DNA from: a virus
Lineage: Duplodnaviria > Caudoviricetes
Virus record (IMG/VR): IMGVR_UViG_3300021255_000062
Location: 61,901 to 125,900 of that record
Length of the DNA stretch: 64,000 nucleotides
Direction: 5' to 3' (one strand)
In this document: positions 59,411 through 64,000 of the stretch, one piece after another
Layout of the letters: each line of letters opens with the position of its first letter
How positions within the stretch are numbered: the stretch's first letter is position 1
Translations under genes and position numbers: made by a program
The notes under the pieces: model-generated
What the model was told of the DNA's origin: nothing
The model's input: only the letters and a program-made list of their open reading frames with translations
The model's database searches: none

Positions 59411-59731
59411 TTAAATACCTAATAATTCTTTTATTATAGAAATATCTATAGGGTCTGATTTTATTTTAAAGGTTGCTTCTGATTTTGGGTCTGGTTTTAC
59501 CTTAAAGGTTGCCCACGGCTCTTCATCAAGAAGTTCATAGTCAATACCCGCTAATTTTAAATATCTACCACACGCTGCAATAGCTTCATCATAGGCTTTG
59601 TCTAACTCCTGCTTATGACGCTGCGCGGCCTTGCGCTTCTTTTCCTCTTCTTCTTTATAGGAAGCTTCCGCCGCCAAGCACTCTTCAACAGTTTCATAAG
59701 TCTTACCTGTTAATTCACTTGAAATAATCAT
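59411..59731 (-). CDS. Hypothetical protein
   Basis: ORF downstream of the ribozyme. Confidence 0.65.
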   Translation of the reverse strand: MIISSELTGKTYETVEECLAAEASYKEEEEKKRKAAQRHKQELDKAYDEAIAACGRYLKLAGIDYELLDEEPWATFKVKPDPKSEATFKIKSDPIDISIIKELLGI

Positions 59732-59758
59732 ATTATTATCTTCCCTCTCTTTTTAAAT

Positions 59759-59809
59759 TAAGGTTTTAGTTTAAACAGCGCCGCCACGTGAAGGCAACCT
59801 CATGACGCC
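59759..59809 (-). ncRNA. Theta (minimal HDV-like) ribozyme B
   Basis: P1 GGCGUC/GGCGCU (G1.U), P2 UGAGGUU/AACCUUA, P3 GCC/GGC, L3 UUCACGU, J4/2 CUAA. Confidence 0.85.
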
Positions 59810-60615
59810 GGGGCGTGTCTTACGCCCAGAACGGGGAGACAGTAGTTTCAACCTGTCGATTGGATACTATGGATTGCGTAGACTTTATTAACTTATCACA
59901 ACTCAGAGTGACGACTCTCCTTCAAATTATTCGTCTCTTCATTTCTGACACTAATTTTAAGTTGCGCTGTGTTCACCCCACAGACGTTCCATTATTGCAT
60001 CTCACATTATTGTCTTAAGCGCGTTTTAATCCTTCGCCATCCCCAAAATGGATAATTGAAATAATAAAGGACTTTCATCCTACCTTATACTATCTTCAAG
60101 CATATTCAGCCAATGGGGAGATATGTCCGAAGACTAGGGAGCGACCCTAACCTAACATACCCCAGTTAATACATAACCATCATCCCATGCATCACTGGTT
60201 AGATGCAACTTTCACCCACCTTACGGTATTTTATAACATAAATCCAATCATGTCTTGATTTAAGTCCTGCCTTGGGCTACTCGTACGCGACATACAGGTC
60301 TTATACACGAATTTCTTCGCTTCATGGCAAAGGTCTTATTGGTATTTCGTAGGTTTGCACTCGACACCACTCGTTAGTACCTAACTCCGATTCGGCAAAA
60401 GCTATTAACTTTTGCTTCTATTATGACCCAACCCGCACTCTGCTTTTACTTGCGATAGCAAAGGCGCTACAACTTAGGTTTGGGGTATCACCCTCTACAT
60501 TAAGTGGATCACTCCACCCAACACAGCCGACTATCCACAGGTATCCCTGTTTTGTTTGTCCTGACCTATTCATCGCACCTCAGCTTACTGGTTCAGTAAC
60601 TCTGCACTGAGTTTT
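59810..60615 (-). ncRNA. Large (~0.8 kb) ncRNA, GOLLD-like
   Basis: No credible ORF; GAGUAGCCCAAG, GGGUGAAAG, GGGUCGCUCCC and GGCUGAAUA segments that I recall from GOLLD RNAs (unverified); size and tRNA-cluster context fit. Confidence 0.6.
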
Positions 60616-60631
60616 TATTATTCAATTATTT

Positions 60632-60685
60632 CATAGATTTTAGCGTAACCCGACACCGCCACGAGGAGGCAATCTATATGGTGTC
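60632..60685 (-). ncRNA. Theta (minimal HDV-like) ribozyme A
   Basis: P1 GACACC/GGUGUC, P2 UAUAGAUU/AAUCUAUG, P3 GCC/GGC, L3 UCCUCGU, GG for P1.1, J4/2 CUAA. Confidence 0.88.
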
Positions 60686-60767
60686 ATCTCAATTATCGGG
60701 TGGCGGCAAGAAAGGAAAAAAGTAACCGCCACCCTTACGAATATTTATCTTTAATTCTTATAAATAT

Positions 60768-60796
60768 ATTATATCAAAATTTTTTAAAATCGTCAA
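60768..60796 (-). promoter_or_regulatory. sigmaA promoter for the ribozyme/ncRNA unit
   Basis: TTGACG-17-TATAAT. Confidence 0.8.
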
Positions 60797-60800
60797 ATTT

Positions 60801-61097
60801 TCAGATGGTCTTTTCAACTAAAAAATTTTTCTTACGAGCAATTCGGTTAACGTCAAGTTTTAGTTGATGCGCATTTTTATAATCTTGAAAGGAAAAAATT
60901 AATAAAGAGTCTTTATCTTTGTATTCTATAAAGTCGTGAATAACAGCTTTATATTTAGTAATTAGAAGCTGCTTAAAATTATCTAAGTCTTTTTCAAAAA
61001 CTTCCGCCATTGCGCGCCAGTTCGTCCAAGTTTTAATATCGGCTACGTACCATTGTCCTGAACCACCCTGCCACTCGTCTACTCTCAAAAGCTGCAT
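60801..61097 (-). CDS. Hypothetical protein
   Basis: SD and promoter. Confidence 0.65.
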   Translation of the reverse strand: MQLLRVDEWQGGSGQWYVADIKTWTNWRAMAEVFEKDLDNFKQLLITKYKAVIHDFIEYKDKDSLLIFSFQDYKNAHQLKLDVNRIARKKNFLVEKTI

Positions 61098-61298
61098 TAT
61101 TTATTCCTCTCTTTCATTTTCTATATATATATTATATAAAAAATTTAGAAAAAATTCAAATTTTCAATGTCTGTAATAATTTTTTATTACCATCCAAACA
61201 ACATAAAAATCATACCAATAAAAAATGTGCAAGCTCCCGCCATCGACAGATAATAACCAACTTCTAACATAATTATTTGCTCCCTATAATAATATTTT

Positions 61299-61517
61299 TT
61301 ACTCTAATCTTCTTATAACTCTACCCATGTCCTCAAGGGCATTAATCGCCGCCCGTATCTGTCTGGCGAACAGGCGGTCGCCCTTACCGGCATGTTCACG
61401 TTCAATGTTGGTCAGCGCCGCTATGATTTCGTAGAGGCTGACGTCATCAAGAGTAACTTTACCATCATCTTTAATATCCGCTATCAGGCCAATCATCATT
61501 ATTCTCCCTTGCTGCAC
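61299..61517 (-). CDS. Hypothetical protein
   Basis: ORF in coupled minus-strand block. Confidence 0.5.
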   Translation of the reverse strand: MQQGRIMMIGLIADIKDDGKVTLDDVSLYEIIAALTNIEREHAGKGDRLFARQIRAAINALEDMGRVIRRLE

Positions 61518-61637
61518 TTACTAATGCTATTGCAAAAAACTCCAAATAAAGAGCCTATTATAAAACCAATTATAAATGTTACCAATATAATTCCCTCCAC
61601 ATCGCTATTACTGGTGTTGCCAGTGTGTATTTGAATC

Positions 61638-62123
61638 TCATTCTTCATCCTCCAACACAACCGCTTCTTTACACATTTCAACTGTATTTCTTACGGCCTT
61701 TAATAATATGTCCTCACTAATTTCTAAGTCTCTAACCTCTCCGCTTCTTGCCATCCCAGCACAAACACAGTCACAAATCATTTCAATCACATCAATAAGA
61801 TTCACGTCATCAGGGCATCTCCTCAATAGATGATGTCTTTCAAGTGCATAGTGGTCTTTATTCCATTGTCCGTCTTCAAATTTAATTTTACCTTCAATTG
61901 TATTGCAGAGATCCCGATAAAACATAGATTGATAAGGTTCTCGGAATTTGCTCCAGTCGTGATTGTTTCCAGTATCACGAATATCTTTTGAAATAGAATC
62001 CATCATATTGCCAACATCAGCCAAATGACTATAATTAGCCTTTTTAAATTCCTCAAATGTCGGCGCTTTGGTCGCCACCCTAGTATCACCATTTGTATTT
62101 CTTTTGATTTTAACTTTATCCAT
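61638..62123 (-). CDS. Hypothetical protein, HD-like metal-binding
   Basis: HDWSK, HY..ERHH, EMICD. Confidence 0.6.
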   Translation of the reverse strand: MDKVKIKRNTNGDTRVATKAPTFEEFKKANYSHLADVGNMMDSISKDIRDTGNNHDWSKFREPYQSMFYRDLCNTIEGKIKFEDGQWNKDHYALERHHLLRRCPDDVNLIDVIEMICDCVCAGMARSGEVRDLEISEDILLKAVRNTVEMCKEAVVLEDEE

Positions 62124-62124
62124 G

Positions 62125-62400
62125 CTATTCCTCCATCCTCGTTACAAAAGACTGATATATCGCATTGGACAAACACTGGACAAATTCTTCATCTTCTGAT
62201 AATTCGGTTTTGCCCAAATGAACCAATATTCCATGCAGAATCTCATGGCACAATGCCTCATCCTGCTGTTCTTTGGAAATATCCTCGCTAATCTTAATGA
62301 CTGCTTTTCCGTAGTCAATCTGACCATAGTGCGTATCTGTATTAAATTCATCTTTACAGTAAATTACTTTATGCGGAATACCGCAGATATTAACCTTCAT
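62125..62400 (-). CDS. ImmA/IrrE-like metallopeptidase
   Basis: LCHEILHG (HExxH) ...EEFV. Confidence 0.65.
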   Translation of the reverse strand: MKVNICGIPHKVIYCKDEFNTDTHYGQIDYGKAVIKISEDISKEQQDEALCHEILHGILVHLGKTELSEDEEFVQCLSNAIYQSFVTRMEE

Positions 62401-62914
62401 CCGTATCCCTCATCTTCTTCCGCAGTTCGGCAATTTCGGGAAAATGTCTACCTGTTTTCTCTAATTCGTCATGTGTAACAACAATTGTGTCGAACTCACT
62501 TGTAAGAATTGTGCCGTATTTTTCCTTAGTTTCTGGCTTCAATACAACAGCTCTCGTGCGTGAGTTATATATAACTTCATCACCTACACAAATCTCATCC
62601 TTCTGCTTTAGCCATGCTTCAAACTTAGATTTCGCTTCTTGGTAGGACAGATTTGCAGTAACTTCTGTTGTCGATTGAAAACCGAAGCATAAATCCCTTT
62701 CTTGTACATCCATTCTGCACATATAATCTGCTAACTCCCAAACCTCATCCTCTATAGCCTCGCGGTCTGGCTCGGTGTAAGGTGCTAATTTAATTCCAGT
62801 TGGAACCCCATAACGTTTACCGCCTTCGAGACAGATTGGAATACTAAGAATATCACCAAGTAATGCAGATTTTGATGTGTATGCGTCTGGCAGATCAACT
62901 ATATATTTTGCCAT
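62390..62914 (-). CDS. Hypothetical protein
   Basis: Coupled ORF. Confidence 0.65.
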   Translation of the reverse strand: MAKYIVDLPDAYTSKSALLGDILSIPICLEGGKRYGVPTGIKLAPYTEPDREAIEDEVWELADYMCRMDVQERDLCFGFQSTTEVTANLSYQEAKSKFEAWLKQKDEICVGDEVIYNSRTRAVVLKPETKEKYGTILTSEFDTIVVTHDELEKTGRHFPEIAELRKKMRDTDEG

Positions 62915-63136
62915 TTAATCCTCCTCATAAAATGTGTACTTCTTTTTCCCCTCGGCTTCTTCCACAGTGCTGATTTCTACATAGCGAATCTCATCAAGAT
63001 TGTAAAAGCCTATCCATTGCTTGTCCTTGATGACGATGAAATATCCTTTATCATAGTAATAATCGGTGTACTCGTCTGGTTTATAATGACGAATCTCACC
63101 ACTCTTAAAGTTAATCGTGATCCATTGATCATTCAT
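62915..63136 (-). CDS. Hypothetical protein
   Basis: MNDQW.. after GGAGG. Confidence 0.6.
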   Translation of the reverse strand: MNDQWITINFKSGEIRHYKPDEYTDYYYDKGYFIVIKDKQWIGFYNLDEIRYVEISTVEEAEGKKKYTFYEED

Positions 63137-63140
63137 TCTT

Positions 63141-63383
63141 TCACCCCTCCTTCGAATAAAATGGGCAATTATACCTAACCTGTTCCCCAACCCTAGGAGC
63201 ATAACGGCACTGACTATTCAGTAACGCACAATCATTGCAATCTCCCGATTCTAATATTCTCTTCAGCAGCTTCAACCAACCCGCAAGTTGACGATGCTCT
63301 CTTTCACATCTTCTATCACCATCGGTAACCGCGCATCTGCCTGCCACCTCTTCGCAATGAATAATAGCTCCTTCTAATGTCAT
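63141..63383 (-). CDS. Hypothetical Cys-rich protein
   Basis: AIIHCEE...EHRQLAGWL pattern. Confidence 0.6.
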   Translation of the reverse strand: MTLEGAIIHCEEVAGRCAVTDGDRRCEREHRQLAGWLKLLKRILESGDCNDCALLNSQCRYAPRVGEQVRYNCPFYSKEG

Positions 63384-64000
63384 TCTGATTCCTCCTTAAA
63401 TCCCAAAAAATTTCGCAAAAAGAAAAGTAATGAAAGATATGACAGTTATATATGCAAAAATCCAAGATACAAAAATCCAAGATATTATCGCCGCAATATC
63501 TGATATCATTCTTATCCCTCCTCTTAACTAAAAATCTGAATCATCGGCATTAAAATAATAATAAAAATTGCAATCATTATTGGATATGGATTCATATCCA
63601 AAACACCATATAGCATTAGCAATGTAAAAACAACCAAAGCTATATATAACACTCTGTCCACCGCCTTATTTTATGGCTCATAACACACTTTCCATGTAAT
63701 TTCCCTAACGCAATAATCTCTTCTGTCGAGAGACCAATATCAAGTAACTTTAATCTTGTCCCATCCTCAAATATATAAATCCAAACAGTGTGAGTATTCA
63801 TTTTTCCTCCTCAAAAATCGTTGGTGCTTCATCAATCTCCATTAATGTTGAAACACAAATATCTGTTTCAAAAGGAAACTCTTTTTCTTCAACTCCACAT
63901 GGATCTAGTGGCAACCATTTTAAGACTTTATTTCTGAGTTCTTTCCCATCTATCAGTCTCGCGCCGTCTGGAATCTGTACCGCTTTACCAACTACAATCT

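Noticed and set aside
59815-60018. 67-aa plus-strand ORF
   Set aside because: Antisense to the large ncRNA; no SD or promoter
53569-60685. Stop-codon recoding, often associated with theta ribozymes
   Set aside because: No suppressor tRNA seen; long genes are intact in code 11 and TAG/TGA act as stops

Overview
This is a 64 kb slice of a large, AT-rich tailed phage (siphovirus-type, standard genetic code). The host is probably an anaerobic Firmicute/Clostridium-like gut bacterium, inferred from the sigmaA promoters, strong SD sequences and anaerobic RNR. Layout: 0-4 kb, nucleotide metabolism and recombination (nrdD end, nrdG, ThyX-like, dUTPase, RuvC-like). 4-29 kb, minus-strand virion module (terminase, portal, protease/scaffold, capsid, neck, two tail-tube-like genes, 3609-aa tape measure). 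About 30-48 kb, an unusual early/host-takeover-like region of short single-gene units, each with its own consensus promoter and terminator. These units are separated by a recurring GGCCGGCC motif and interleaved with sites resembling host repressor operators (LexA, NrdR, CodY, Rex, ArgR) and several other repeat families. 48-64 kb, accessory genes, a cluster of 17 tRNAs plus tRNA-like RNAs, an HNH gene that split a tRNA-Pro and carries a replacement, and large non-coding RNAs. One of these RNAs is GOLLD-like, about 0.8 kb, and bracketed by two theta (minimal HDV-like) ribozymes. Best candidates for an undescribed system: the GGCCGGCC-delimited cassette/operator-decoy array and the ribozyme-excised large RNA. 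All calls come from reading the sequence by eye; no searches were run and counts are manual.
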